Shown one piece after another: positions 38,077 through 48,103 of a stretch of 64,000 bases of DNA. The notes beneath the pieces were generated by a model. The model was not told the DNA's origin, did not search any database, and worked only from the letters and a program-made list of their open reading frames with translations. Each line of letters begins with the position of its first letter. Positions within the stretch are counted from its first letter, which is position 1. The DNA is from Thermoplasmata archaeon (GTDB lineage: Archaea > Thermoplasmatota > Thermoplasmata > RBG-16-68-12), in contig DASQGG010000027.1 in assembly GCA_035632695.1 (NCBI GenBank), positions 2,073 to 66,072 on the forward strand. The letters are read 5' to 3'. The position numbers and the translations under genes were made by a program.

Positions 38077-39297
38077 ATGTTAAATAGAGTGCGGGCTTCT
38101 TTCGCCGTCCACGGGAGAGGAGACCCGGTGACCGAGGTCGTCATCGCCGGCGCGTGTCGCACGCCCATCGGCAAGTACGGCCGAGCGTTCCGAAACGTGG
38201 AGGCCGTCAAGCTCGGGAGCCTCGTCGTCGCGGAGGCCGTGCGGCGCACGGGACTCGTCGGCGCGGACATCGAGGAGGTCATCCTGGGCAACGTGATCCA
38301 GGCGGGCTTGGGTCAGAACCCCGCGCGGCAGGCCGCCCTGTACGCGGACTTGCCGGATCGGATTGGGGCGGTGACGATCAACAAGGTGTGCGCAAGCGGG
38401 ATGAAGAGCGTGGCGATCGCCGCGGACGCGATTCGCGCGGGTTCCGAGGAGGTCATCGTCGCGGGAGGCATGGAGTCCATGAGCCGCGCCCCCTACCTCG
38501 TCAAGGAGGCGCGGTGGGGGATTGGGTACAACAACGTTCCCTTCCTGGACGCCATGGTCCACGACGGGCTCTGGGACGCCTACAACCAGTTTCACATGGG
38601 CGTCACGGGCGAGATTGTCTCCGAGCGGTTCAAGGTCACCCGCGAGGACCAGGACGCCTTCTCCCTCGAGAGCCACCGCCGGGCCGCGCGTGCCACGCTG
38701 GACGGCAAGTTCAAGGAGGAGATCCTCGCCGTCGACGTGCCCGGGCAGCCCCGCGTCGAGCTTGACGAGGGGGTCCGCCAGGACACCTCGATGGAGAAGC
38801 TCGCGAGGTTGCCCCCCGTGTTCCGAGAGCACGGGGTCGTCACCGCGGGGAACGCGTCCCAGCTCAGCGACGGGGCGTCCGCGATGGTGGTCCTGTCGCG
38901 CGCCGCCGCGGACCGGCATGGCGTCAAGCCCCTGGCGAAGATCGTGGACTACGTGACCTCCGGCGTGAAGCCCGAGCTCGTCATGGAGGCGCCGATCCCG
39001 GCCGTGCGCAGGATCCTGAAGAAGACGGGCATGAAGATCGACGACTTCGACCTCATCGAGCACAACGAGGCGTATGCCGCGGCGAGCGTCGCGGTGATGA
39101 AGGAGTTGGGAATCGACCACGCCAAGTTCAACGTGAACGGCGGGGCCGTGGCCCTGGGCCACCCCCTGGGGTGTAGCGGAGCGCGCATCCTGACCACGCT
39201 CGTGTACGCGATGAAGGATCGAAATGCGAAACGGGGGCTCGCGACCCTCTGCCTCGGCGGGGGCAACGCGATGGCGATGATCCTGGAACGGCCCTGA
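38077..39297 (+). CDS. Acetyl-CoA C-acetyltransferase (thiolase)
   Basis: Thiolase active-site Cys region (NKVCASGMKSV), C-terminal His/Cys motifs (GHPLGCSGAR) and CLGGGNAMAMILE. The start may be the GTG at about 38128. Confidence 0.9.
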   Translation: MLNRVRASFAVHGRGDPVTEVVIAGACRTPIGKYGRAFRNVEAVKLGSLVVAEAVRRTGLVGADIEEVILGNVIQAGLGQNPARQAALYADLPDRIGAVTINKVCASGMKSVAIAADAIRAGSEEVIVAGGMESMSRAPYLVKEARWGIGYNNVPFLDAMVHDGLWDAYNQFHMGVTGEIVSERFKVTREDQDAFSLESHRRAARATLDGKFKEEILAVDVPGQPRVELDEGVRQDTSMEKLARLPPVFREHGVVTAGNASQLSDGASAMVVLSRAAADRHGVKPLAKIVDYVTSGVKPELVMEAPIPAVRRILKKTGMKIDDFDLIEHNEAYAAASVAVMKELGIDHAKFNVNGGAVALGHPLGCSGARILTTLVYAMKDRNAKRGLATLCLGGGNAMAMILERP

Positions 39298-39371
39298 CGT
39301 ACTCGAGTTCGTCTCGTGTGGAGTTCGGCCGGGCCATACGCTCAAGAGGCCTCCCGGGCTATGCCGCGACC

Positions 39372-40223
39372 ATGTCCGTTCGAACGATCGCCGTCCTCGG
39401 GGCGGGACAGATGGGGGCCGGCATCGCTCAGGTTGCGGCCGCGGCCGGATATGACGTGGTCATGCGGGATATCGAGGACCGCTTCGTCCTGGGAGGACTG
39501 TCCAAGATCCAGGGTCGGCTCCAGCGCGCCGTGAGCAAGGGGGAGCTCGACGCCGCGGCCCAGGAGGCCATCCGCTCCCGGATTCGGGGCACGCTGGACA
39601 TGGCCGCCGCGGCGAAGGCCGATCTCGTGATTGAAGCGGTTCCTGAGGAGCCCGAACTCAAGAAGTCGGTCCTCCGCGAGATGGACAGGATGGCGGCGCC
39701 GCAGACGATCCTGGCGAGCAACACGTCGTCCATCAGCATCGGTGAACTCGCCGCTGCGACCCGGCGTCCCGATCGATTCGTTGGCATGCACTTCTTCAAC
39801 CCCGTCCCCGTGATGAAGCTGGTCGAGGTCGTCCAGGGCAAAGCGACGAGCCCGGAGACCTTGCGAATTGCCCTCGAAGTCTGCATTCGGATGGGCAAGA
39901 CCCCCGTCGAGGTGCACGACTTCCCCGGCTTCGTCTCGAACCGGGTTCTCATGCCCATGATCAACGAGGCGATCCTGGCCCTCCAGGACGGCGTCGCCAC
40001 CAAGGAGGCCATCGACACGGTGATGAAGCTCGGCGCCAACCACCCCATGGGACCGCTCGAGCTCGCGGATTTCATCGGACTCGACACGTGCCTGAACATT
40101 CTCGAAGTCCTGGAGCGTGGCTTCGCGAGCAATAAGTACGCACCCGCGCCCCTCCTGCGGCGGATGGTCTCCGAGGGCAAGCTCGGGAAGAAATCGGGTC
40201 ACGGGTTCTACGAGTACGCGTGA
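39372..40223 (+). CDS. hbd: 3-hydroxybutyryl-CoA dehydrogenase
   Basis: Rossmann motif IAVLGAGQMGAGIA and the 3HCDH C-terminal domain. Immediately downstream of the thiolase. Confidence 0.9.
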   Translation: MSVRTIAVLGAGQMGAGIAQVAAAAGYDVVMRDIEDRFVLGGLSKIQGRLQRAVSKGELDAAAQEAIRSRIRGTLDMAAAAKADLVIEAVPEEPELKKSVLREMDRMAAPQTILASNTSSISIGELAAATRRPDRFVGMHFFNPVPVMKLVEVVQGKATSPETLRIALEVCIRMGKTPVEVHDFPGFVSNRVLMPMINEAILALQDGVATKEAIDTVMKLGANHPMGPLELADFIGLDTCLNILEVLERGFASNKYAPAPLLRRMVSEGKLGKKSGHGFYEYA

Positions 40224-40244
40224 GCCGGGCTCCGGGCAGCCCGT

Positions 40245-40490
40245 CTAGAGCTTGCCGCCCAGGAGTCTCTGAAGGAAGGACGGGCCGGTAGGCTGCGACG
40301 GGGTCCGGATGATCTTTCCCGCGGTGGCCTGGCTCGTCTGGGATCCGGTGGCGGACTTGAGAAGGCCCTGGATGCCTTTTTGCCTCGTGGCCGCGAGGAT
40401 GACGGCGCCTACGACGGCTCCCGCGCCCGCGAGCGTGAGGAATTGTCGGCGGCTGATCCCGCGCCCCTTCGTGTCCGCTTCCGTGGCCAT
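40245..40490 (-). CDS. Small protein with twin-arginine (Tat) signal peptide
   Basis: Start at MATEADTKG. SRRQFLTLAGAGAVVGA is a canonical Tat motif plus hydrophobic region. About 81 aa in total. Confidence 0.4.
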   Translation of the reverse strand: MATEADTKGRGISRRQFLTLAGAGAVVGAVILAATRQKGIQGLLKSATGSQTSQATAGKIIRTPSQPTGPSFLQRLLGGKL

Positions 40491-40717
40491 CGGAGTCCCC
40501 CTCTGGGCCTTTCGCCTTACGGCCTTTCCCGATTCAAAGGTGACGTGGTATAAACCGTTTGCGCACGCATCGTCCGAGTGCGTCCGCCGCCGGACCGGCT
40601 TGGCGCCGCGGAGGATCCGCGTCGAGAGAAACGACGTGTTCGGCCCCCCCTTCCGCAAGCCTTTTTTAGCGCACCTCCTATACCTCGTGATTTCCGAGGC
40701 TCTCGCGAGGAGGAGGC

Positions 40718-43700
40718 ATGTTACATAGAGTAAAGAAGGCCGTCACGAGAGACGAGGTCCTCGCCCTTCTGCAGCCCCTCCTGCGGGACTGGTTCACCGG
40801 GAAGTTCGCCGGCCTGACGGAGCCGCAGTCCTACGCGGTCCCGGTGATTCACGCGCGGAAGAATGTCCTCGTGTCCTCGCCCACGGGGAGCGGGAAGACC
40901 CTGACCGCGTTCCTCTCCGTGATCAACGAGCTGTACGCGAAGCAGCTCCGGGGCGAGCTGGAGAACCGGATCTACTGCCTGTACGTCTCGCCGCTCAAGG
41001 CCCTCGCGAACGACATCAACCGGAACCTCGAGGAGCCGCTGCGGGAAATCACCGAGCTGGCGGCCAAACAGAATGCGCCCCCGCCCGAGATTCGCGTCGC
41101 CGTCCGCAGCGGAGACACGTCGGCCCAGGAGCGTCAGAAGCAAGTGCGGCGCCCGCCCCATATCTTCATCACGACGCCCGAGAGCCTGGCGATCATCCTG
41201 AGCACGCCGAAGTTCCGCGAGGCGTTCTCCGAAGTCGAATGGGTCATCATCGACGAGATTCACGAGCTCTGCTCGTCGAAGCGTGGCGCCCTCCTGTCCG
41301 TCGGACTCGAGCGGCTGCGGGAGCAGACGGGCCGCGATTTCGTTCGGATCGGACTGAGCGCGACGATCGCGCCGATCGAGGAGGAGGCCAAGTTCCTCGC
41401 CGGGTATGAGGACGCGAAGCTGCGGGAGATGCACATCGTCGAGGTGGATACGCGGAAGTCGCTCGATCTCTCCGTGCTCTGCCCCGTCCGGGACATGACC
41501 GCCGTGCCCATGGACGTGGCCAACGCCCGGATGTACGACCTGTTGAGCGACTTGATCGACCAACACCGCACGACGCTCATCTTCACGAACACCCGGAGCG
41601 GCACCGAGCACGTCTCCTTCAAGCTCAAGGAGCGGGGCGTGGAGGATCTCGAGGCCCACCACGGCTCCCTCTCCAAGGTCACGCGCCTGGACGTTGAGCA
41701 GAAGCTCAAGAACGGCGAGCTCAAGGCCGCGGTCTCGTCCACCTCGCTCGAGCTCGGGATCGACATCGGCTACATCGACCTCGTCGTCCAGATCGGTTCG
41801 CCCAAGAGCGTGGCCAAGGGCCTGCAGCGGATCGGCCGCGCCGGCCACGCCTACGGGGAGACGGCGATGGGCCGCATGATTGCGTTCGAGCCGTGGGACC
41901 TCATGGAGTGCGCCACCCTGGCCAAAGCGGCGTACGACGGCCGCATCGACCGCGTCGACATCCCGAGGAATCCCCTGGATGTGCTCGCGCAGGCCCTGGT
42001 GGCGATGTCCCTCGAGCAGCGCTGGGGCACGGAGGAAGCCTACGAGCTCGTCCGGCGGTCCTATTCGTTCCATGACTTGCCCAAGAAGGACTTCCTCGCG
42101 GTCGTCGACTACCTGTCCTCCCGCAACCCGGACATCAAGGTGTTCGCGAAGATCTGGTTCGACGAGGCCGAGGGCCGCTTCGGGAAGAAGAAGGGCACCC
42201 GGATGATCTACTACACGAACGTGGGCACGATCCCCGAGGAGGGGACGTACCACGTGTACTCGGAGCGAGGCACGCCTCTCGGCGAGCTAAGCGAGCGGTT
42301 CGTGGAGTACCTGAGCCCCGGCGATGTCTTCGTCCTCGGGGGCCGCACGTACCAGTTCGCCCGCGCCCGCGGCACGTCCGTGTACGTGAAGGACGCCTCC
42401 GGCCGCAGGCCCACGGTGCCGTCGTGGACGGGCGAGATGCTGCCGCGGTCCTTCGACCTGTCCGTCCAGGTAGGCAAGTTCCGGAAGGACCTCGCCGCGA
42501 AGATCGACAAGGACGGCGAGAAGGCGGCCCGCGAGTGGCTGGCCCAGGAGTACCGCGTCGACGAGGGCTCCGCGACTTCCTTGGTCTCCTACACCCAGGA
42601 GCAGCGCGCCCTGATCGCGGATCTGCCGACGGACGACCAAGTGCTCCTCGAGGGATTCATCGACGAGAAGGGCAACCGGAACATCGTCTTCCACTTCCCC
42701 TTCGGGCGGCGGGTGAACGACGCTCTGAGCCGCGCCTACGCGTTCGCGCTCACGGAGAAGCAGCACACGAACGTCCGCGTGAGCGTGACGGACGACAACT
42801 TCATGCTCACGGTCCCGAAGCGCGTCGAGATTCCGGGCCTTGCCAGGCTCGTGGCGAGCGAGAACTTGGAAGACCTCCTGCGCAAGGCGATCAAGAACAC
42901 GGAGCTGTTCAAGCAGCGGTTCCGCCACTGCGCCACGCGGTCGTTCATGGTCCTGAGGAACTACAAGGGCCGCGAGGTCTCCATCGGCCGCCAGCAGCTC
43001 CGGTCCCAGCGCGTCCTCGACTGGCTCCACGAGATCGAGGACTTCCCCGTGGTCAAGGAGACGTACAACGAGATCCTCCACGAGGTCATGGATCTGGACC
43101 ATGCCCGCGAGGTGCTCCAGGCGATCGAGGCGGGGAAGGTCCGCGTGAAGGAGACGGACTTCAGCGGGCTCCCGTCGCCGTTCGCCCACAACGTCGTCCT
43201 CCAGGGCGTCTCGGACCTCGTCCTCATGGAGGACCGTTCCGCGCTCCTCCGCGAGCTGCACCGCAAGGTGCTCGAGCGCGTGATGCCCGCGGATCAGATC
43301 ACCGCGATCCAGTTCCAGCCCTCCGAGGTCCAGGAGTACTTCCGGAAGAAGCTGCCTAAGATTGCCCGCAAGGAGGACATTCTTTCCTACCTCGAGCGCG
43401 TCGGCGACGCGAACCTGCTCCAGCAGAAGGGCCGCAACCCGCTCGAACACGCGACCGCGTCGTTTCCGGATGTCCGCAAATGGTCCGGCATGCTCATGGA
43501 CGAAGGACTCGTCGAGAGTGTGTGGACGCCGCAGGGCGTGCACTGGGCACCGAAGGTCCTCGTGCCCACGTATGCGGCGGTGTATGCGCAGCGTTCGCGC
43601 CTGCGGCCAGCCGAGGAGAAGCTCCTCAACCTCATCCAAGAGAAGCCGCGGACACACAAGGAGCTCGCCCGCCTGACGAAGCTCGAGAAGGACGACCTGA

Positions 43701-46129
43701 ACGAGGCCTTGCGCAAGCTCGAGCGCGGGTACGCGGTCGGGCGCAAAGGCGTCGAGGAGACCGTCTACTTCCACCGCGACGTGGAGCGCGCGAAGTTCGA
43801 GGAATCCCTGGACCGCCTCCTCACTACGCGCCTCGAGGCGGAAGGGCCGCAATCGGCGCAGGAGCTGGCCGTGGCCATGGGTCTGGAGGCCGAGCTCGTC
43901 GAGGAGACCCTCCGGGACCTGGAGAAGGAGAGCCTCGTGACCTCGGGCCACTTCCTCGTGGACAAGGAGTTCCAGTACATGATGACGCGCGACCTGCAGC
44001 ACCTTCAGCGGAAAGGGGAGACGCGGGAGGTCTTCGAGGAGGGTCAGCTCAAGTCGTTCCTGCTCCAGAAGCAGTTCGCGGACATCCGCACGATCGACGA
44101 CTACTTCGACCGCTTCCTCGAGGTCGGGATGATCCTGGATCTCTGGAACCACGCGCCCGGGTTTGACTACGCGGAATGGCTCGTGCGCCGGAAGCAGGGG
44201 GAGATTCTCGAGGGGCGCTTCCTGAACGGTCGCGTGCGGTACGTCCGCGCGAAGGACGCTCCCCTGTTCCTCGCGGCGTTCCCGCGGAGCCCGTTGACGG
44301 ACCTCGAGCGCCGCATCCTCGATGTGATCCGCTCCACGGACGGCATCGATCTGTACCGGATCGTGGGCCGGGTCCGCGAGGACAAGGAGAAGGTCAAGGA
44401 GGCCCTGGACAAGCTCGACTACGACGTCTACGTGATCCGCAGGTTCCAGGGCGACGGGTGGACCGCGCGGAACTACTACGTGGCGTACGACCCGCCGCAG
44501 GAGCCCATCCCTGACGCGATCGAGAAGCTCGTCCGTGCCTTCCTGGCGGCCTACGGACCGGTGCCCTTCTCCGGGATTCGGGAGTGGGCGCGGTTCGAGT
44601 GGGACGATCTCGAGGTGCTCCTAGACCGGCTCGAGGAGCAGGGCGTCGTCACGCGCATCCTGATCACAGGCAAGGGCGAGACCGAGATGTACGTCCTCAC
44701 GGCGGAGCTCGAGGGGCTCCGCAAGGCCCCGGTGGACGGCGGCAAGGACTCCATGCGCGTGCTCTCCCTCCTGGATCCCTGGACCCAGCCTCTGTGGGCT
44801 CAGGTGGCGAGTCGCTACGGCGAGGGATGGTTCTTCCCCCTCGTCCAGGACGGCGATCTGGCGGGCATGGCGGAGATCTGGGAGATGAGCGGCTGCGTCG
44901 AGGTGCGCGAGCTGGATCTGGTCGCGCCGGACGCGCTCGGGCCGGCGATTGCCGCCCTCGGTCGCATGATGGAGTTCTACACGGTGCGGGGCGTCGATGT
45001 GCTGCGGGTCACGCGGTTCCTGGGCAAGGACGTCCCCGATGCGGAGGACGTGTCGCTATGGACGAACGCCGGCTTCGTCCGCCTCGGCGATTTCCTCGCG
45101 CACGGTCCCATCGTCCCGAGGGATTTCGACAAAAAGAATCTCCTCGCGTACGCGTTCTCGAAACAAGGGCTCCACCCCGACCAACCGTTCCCGAACGCCC
45201 TCGAGACGGCGAAGGCCCTGGGGGGCCTCCGGTCCGACTACGCCGTCCGCCTCCGGGTCCGGGAGTTCGTGCCACTCGAGCGGCTTCATCGCCAGGGGCT
45301 ACTCGCGAAGGGACTCGCGATTCCCGAGTACTGGTCGTACCTGCTGGAGGACGACCTCCGGCTCTACAAGGCCGCCAAGGCCGCACACCTCACCAAGGAC
45401 GAGAAGCATGTGCTGAAGATCGTCGCGGAAGAGGGGCCGATCTCGCGGCAGCGCGCTATGGCGCTGTCGGACCTGAGCTATCCCTCGACGGCGGACGCCC
45501 TGCGGAAGCTCTACCAGGGGAACCACGTGACGCGGGACGCCGGGAATCGGTATCGCCGGGTCCCCGACCTCAAGATCTCCCAGGAGGAGGCCCGGAAGGA
45601 GGTGCTCCGGCGGATCATCCGAAGCCTGGGCGCGACCTCGGCAGAAGCCCTCGCGGCGTACACGCGCTTCGAGTACAACATGGGCGAGACCCGACAGCGG
45701 CTGCGGGAGTTCGAGCGCGAGGGCTGGCTGACGAAGGGGTTCCTGGCCCGCGGCGAGCGCACGGTCTACTGGATCCTGAAGGACGACGTGGACCGCGTGG
45801 AGGAGGCGACCTTCCAGCGCAAGTTCGTCCTCACGCCCATGGACAACCTCTTCCTTTACCTGCGTCAGGAGATCGTGAACAAATTCCACTCCGGCTACTG
45901 CTACGTGGTCTTCGACGGCACAGAGATGGTCGCGTCCTTCAAGGCCCGTCGGCGGAAGACCGAGTTCGTGATCACGGAGTTCGAGGGCGAGCCCGAGACC
46001 CGGCGGATCGTGGACGCGTGGCAGGAGGAGAATGAGCTCGCGGTCCACGAAGAGGTCGACCGGATCTCGGACCACGAAGTCATGGAGTGGTTCGCGAAGA
46101 TGTACGGTCGCGGTGCGGCGGAGCGATGA
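40718..46129 (+). CDS. lhr: Lhr-family ATP-dependent helicase (superfamily 2) with very long C-terminal winged-helix-rich extension
   Basis: Walker A SPTGSGKT, DExH (IIDEIHEL), motifs III to VI and the Lhr WH/domain-4 region in the first 900 aa or so. A further 900 aa of tandem winged-helix-like modules follow. A GAGGAGGAGG Shine-Dalgarno precedes the ATG. Confidence 0.9.
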   Translation: MLHRVKKAVTRDEVLALLQPLLRDWFTGKFAGLTEPQSYAVPVIHARKNVLVSSPTGSGKTLTAFLSVINELYAKQLRGELENRIYCLYVSPLKALANDINRNLEEPLREITELAAKQNAPPPEIRVAVRSGDTSAQERQKQVRRPPHIFITTPESLAIILSTPKFREAFSEVEWVIIDEIHELCSSKRGALLSVGLERLREQTGRDFVRIGLSATIAPIEEEAKFLAGYEDAKLREMHIVEVDTRKSLDLSVLCPVRDMTAVPMDVANARMYDLLSDLIDQHRTTLIFTNTRSGTEHVSFKLKERGVEDLEAHHGSLSKVTRLDVEQKLKNGELKAAVSSTSLELGIDIGYIDLVVQIGSPKSVAKGLQRIGRAGHAYGETAMGRMIAFEPWDLMECATLAKAAYDGRIDRVDIPRNPLDVLAQALVAMSLEQRWGTEEAYELVRRSYSFHDLPKKDFLAVVDYLSSRNPDIKVFAKIWFDEAEGRFGKKKGTRMIYYTNVGTIPEEGTYHVYSERGTPLGELSERFVEYLSPGDVFVLGGRTYQFARARGTSVYVKDASGRRPTVPSWTGEMLPRSFDLSVQVGKFRKDLAAKIDKDGEKAAREWLAQEYRVDEGSATSLVSYTQEQRALIADLPTDDQVLLEGFIDEKGNRNIVFHFPFGRRVNDALSRAYAFALTEKQHTNVRVSVTDDNFMLTVPKRVEIPGLARLVASENLEDLLRKAIKNTELFKQRFRHCATRSFMVLRNYKGREVSIGRQQLRSQRVLDWLHEIEDFPVVKETYNEILHEVMDLDHAREVLQAIEAGKVRVKETDFSGLPSPFAHNVVLQGVSDLVLMEDRSALLRELHRKVLERVMPADQITAIQFQPSEVQEYFRKKLPKIARKEDILSYLERVGDANLLQQKGRNPLEHATASFPDVRKWSGMLMDEGLVESVWTPQGVHWAPKVLVPTYAAVYAQRSRLRPAEEKLLNLIQEKPRTHKELARLTKLEKDDLNEALRKLERGYAVGRKGVEETVYFHRDVERAKFEESLDRLLTTRLEAEGPQSAQELAVAMGLEAELVEETLRDLEKESLVTSGHFLVDKEFQYMMTRDLQHLQRKGETREVFEEGQLKSFLLQKQFADIRTIDDYFDRFLEVGMILDLWNHAPGFDYAEWLVRRKQGEILEGRFLNGRVRYVRAKDAPLFLAAFPRSPLTDLERRILDVIRSTDGIDLYRIVGRVREDKEKVKEALDKLDYDVYVIRRFQGDGWTARNYYVAYDPPQEPIPDAIEKLVRAFLAAYGPVPFSGIREWARFEWDDLEVLLDRLEEQGVVTRILITGKGETEMYVLTAELEGLRKAPVDGGKDSMRVLSLLDPWTQPLWAQVASRYGEGWFFPLVQDGDLAGMAEIWEMSGCVEVRELDLVAPDALGPAIAALGRMMEFYTVRGVDVLRVTRFLGKDVPDAEDVSLWTNAGFVRLGDFLAHGPIVPRDFDKKNLLAYAFSKQGLHPDQPFPNALETAKALGGLRSDYAVRLRVREFVPLERLHRQGLLAKGLAIPEYWSYLLEDDLRLYKAAKAAHLTKDEKHVLKIVAEEGPISRQRAMALSDLSYPSTADALRKLYQGNHVTRDAGNRYRRVPDLKISQEEARKEVLRRIIRSLGATSAEALAAYTRFEYNMGETRQRLREFEREGWLTKGFLARGERTVYWILKDDVDRVEEATFQRKFVLTPMDNLFLYLRQEIVNKFHSGYCYVVFDGTEMVASFKARRRKTEFVITEFEGEPETRRIVDAWQEENELAVHEEVDRISDHEVMEWFAKMYGRGAAER

Positions 46130-46536
46130 CCGTCACGGGCGTCGACACGATTGCCGTGGTCGTCTCAGACGCGCGGAAGTCCATTGCGTGGTACCGCGAC
46201 GTCCTGGGATTGGAGGTCGCGTACATTGGGCCCGCGGCCGCCAATCCGGATCCGACCGTCCAAGGCACACCGGATCGCCCGGGGCACTGGGTCGAGCTAG
46301 GGCCCGGCCGCCCGCGGACGCGCATCCATCTCTGCGACCTCGGAGGCAAGACCGAACCGGGACCGACGGGGATTACCTTGTTGACTGACGACCTTCGGTC
46401 GGAGTACGAACGGATGCGAGCCCGCGGTGTCCGGTTTCTCCATCCGCCGCGCAAGATGGACTGGGGCGAGCGGCTGGTCGCTTTCGTGGACCCCGACGGC
46501 AACGAGTTCGACCTGAAGCAGCCTGCAGAGCGCTAG
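46126..46536 (+). CDS. VOC-family (glyoxalase/bleomycin resistance/dioxygenase) protein
   Basis: IAVVVSDARKSIAWYRDVLGLEV beta-alpha-beta-beta-beta module. Its start overlaps the lhr stop (ATGA). Confidence 0.75.
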   Translation: MTVTGVDTIAVVVSDARKSIAWYRDVLGLEVAYIGPAAANPDPTVQGTPDRPGHWVELGPGRPRTRIHLCDLGGKTEPGPTGITLLTDDLRSEYERMRARGVRFLHPPRKMDWGERLVAFVDPDGNEFDLKQPAER

Positions 46537-46579
46537 CCCTGGGCAACCTTTATCGAGCGGCGGTCGATGGCCGACCTCG

Positions 46580-47794
46580 ATGCCTATCGAGGACGTCCTC
46601 GGCCGGTTGGACAAGATGCGGGCTGACATGGTCTCCACGCTCGCCGACCTGTGCCGCATCCCCGCCATCGGGCCGACGAACGGCGGCGAGGGCGAAGGCA
46701 AGAAGGCCGCGGCGGTCCAAACCCTCCTGAAGGACTCGGGCCTCAAGGTCGAACACTTCGACGCGCCGGACAAGCGCGTCCCGGGTGGGAAGCGTCCCAA
46801 CCTCATCGTGCGCCTCGGGAAGGGCCCCCGCCTCTGGTTCCTCTGCCACCTGGACATCGTCCCGCCCGGCGATCCGAAAGGATGGCGGTGCGACCCGTTC
46901 GACCCGAGACTCTTGGACGGTCGCCTCTACGGCCGCGGCACGGAGGACAACGGCCAGGCGCTCGTCTCCGTGCTCTCCGCGTACCGGGCCATCGTCAAGG
47001 CGAAGGAGAAGCCCGGCCGTGCCTTGGGTTTCGCGATCGTTTCCGACGAGGAGACGGGCAGCGCCCTCGGCGTGAAGCATCTCCTCACGCAGGACCTGTT
47101 CCAGCCCAAGGACGCCTTCGTCATCCCGGATTGGGGCATGTCCTCCGGCGGCGAGGTCGAGGTTGCAGAGAAGAGCCTCCTCTGGCTCAAGATCACGGTC
47201 ACGGGCAAGCAGGGCCACGCGAGCCTGCCGAACGAAGCGGTGAACGCCCACCGCGCCGGCGCGTTCCTCACGACCGCGGTTGACGCGAACCTCCCCCGGC
47301 GGTTCAAGGCGACGGACCCCCTGTTCCGTCCCTGGGCGTCGACGTTCGAGCCCACGAAGCACGAGCCCAACGTCCCCAACGTGAACACGATCCCCGGCGA
47401 GGACGTCTTCTACTTCGACTGCCGGGTCCTCCCCAGCTACGCGCCCAAAGAGGTCGTCGCCGCGGTCCAGGAGCTCGCGGCGCAGACGATGCAGACCTTC
47501 GGCGTCCAGGTGAAGATTGAGGTCACGAACCAGGAGTCGAGCCCGCCCACCCCCGCGGACGCGCCGATCGTGCGGGAGCTCCTGAGGGTCCTCCAGAAGG
47601 TGCGAAACCTCCGGGCAAAGCCCGTCGGGATCGGCGGTGGCACCGTGGCGGGGCCGCTCCGGGAGGAGAGGTTCCCGTGTGCCGTGTGGTCGACCACGGA
47701 CGAGACGGGGCACGGGATCAACGAGTACAGCCGCGTGGACAACCTCGTCGCGGACGCCAAGGTGTTCGCAGCCCTCATGCTCGGGCCCGAGTGA
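46580..47794 (+). CDS. M20 family metallopeptidase
   Basis: M20 motifs (CHLDIVPPGD, GTEDNGQA, SDEETGS) with metal-binding His/Asp/Glu at conserved positions. Confidence 0.8.
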   Translation: MPIEDVLGRLDKMRADMVSTLADLCRIPAIGPTNGGEGEGKKAAAVQTLLKDSGLKVEHFDAPDKRVPGGKRPNLIVRLGKGPRLWFLCHLDIVPPGDPKGWRCDPFDPRLLDGRLYGRGTEDNGQALVSVLSAYRAIVKAKEKPGRALGFAIVSDEETGSALGVKHLLTQDLFQPKDAFVIPDWGMSSGGEVEVAEKSLLWLKITVTGKQGHASLPNEAVNAHRAGAFLTTAVDANLPRRFKATDPLFRPWASTFEPTKHEPNVPNVNTIPGEDVFYFDCRVLPSYAPKEVVAAVQELAAQTMQTFGVQVKIEVTNQESSPPTPADAPIVRELLRVLQKVRNLRAKPVGIGGGTVAGPLREERFPCAVWSTTDETGHGINEYSRVDNLVADAKVFAALMLGPE

Positions 47795-48019
47795 TCAGGC
47801 GCGCGACGTGACGACGGCGTCCTTGATCATGACGACGCTCACGCTGTCGAGGAGCAGGTGCGCCCCGCACTTCGGGCAGTCAATCCCGTTCCATGTGTCC
47901 GCGGAGCGGGACGAGTCCAAAGAGATCCGCGTGGACTTGCAATAGGGGCACAGGAAGCTGACCTGGAGGTCTCGGTCCTTCAGGCGGTCCAGGGTCACCT
48001 TGTCCACGATGGGTTGCAC
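47795..48019 (-). CDS. Small zinc-ribbon protein
   Basis: 74 aa with CPYCKS ... CPKCGAH (C-x2-C ... C-x2-C). Confidence 0.4.
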   Translation of the reverse strand: MQPIVDKVTLDRLKDRDLQVSFLCPYCKSTRISLDSSRSADTWNGIDCPKCGAHLLLDSVSVVMIKDAVVTSRA

Positions 48020-48103
48020 GCCTTGTCCTCCATCACGGGTCGCCTACCCGTTCGACTTGGAGGCATATTAAGAAAATGGAACACCTGTCGAAGTTCCGAC
48101 GAC

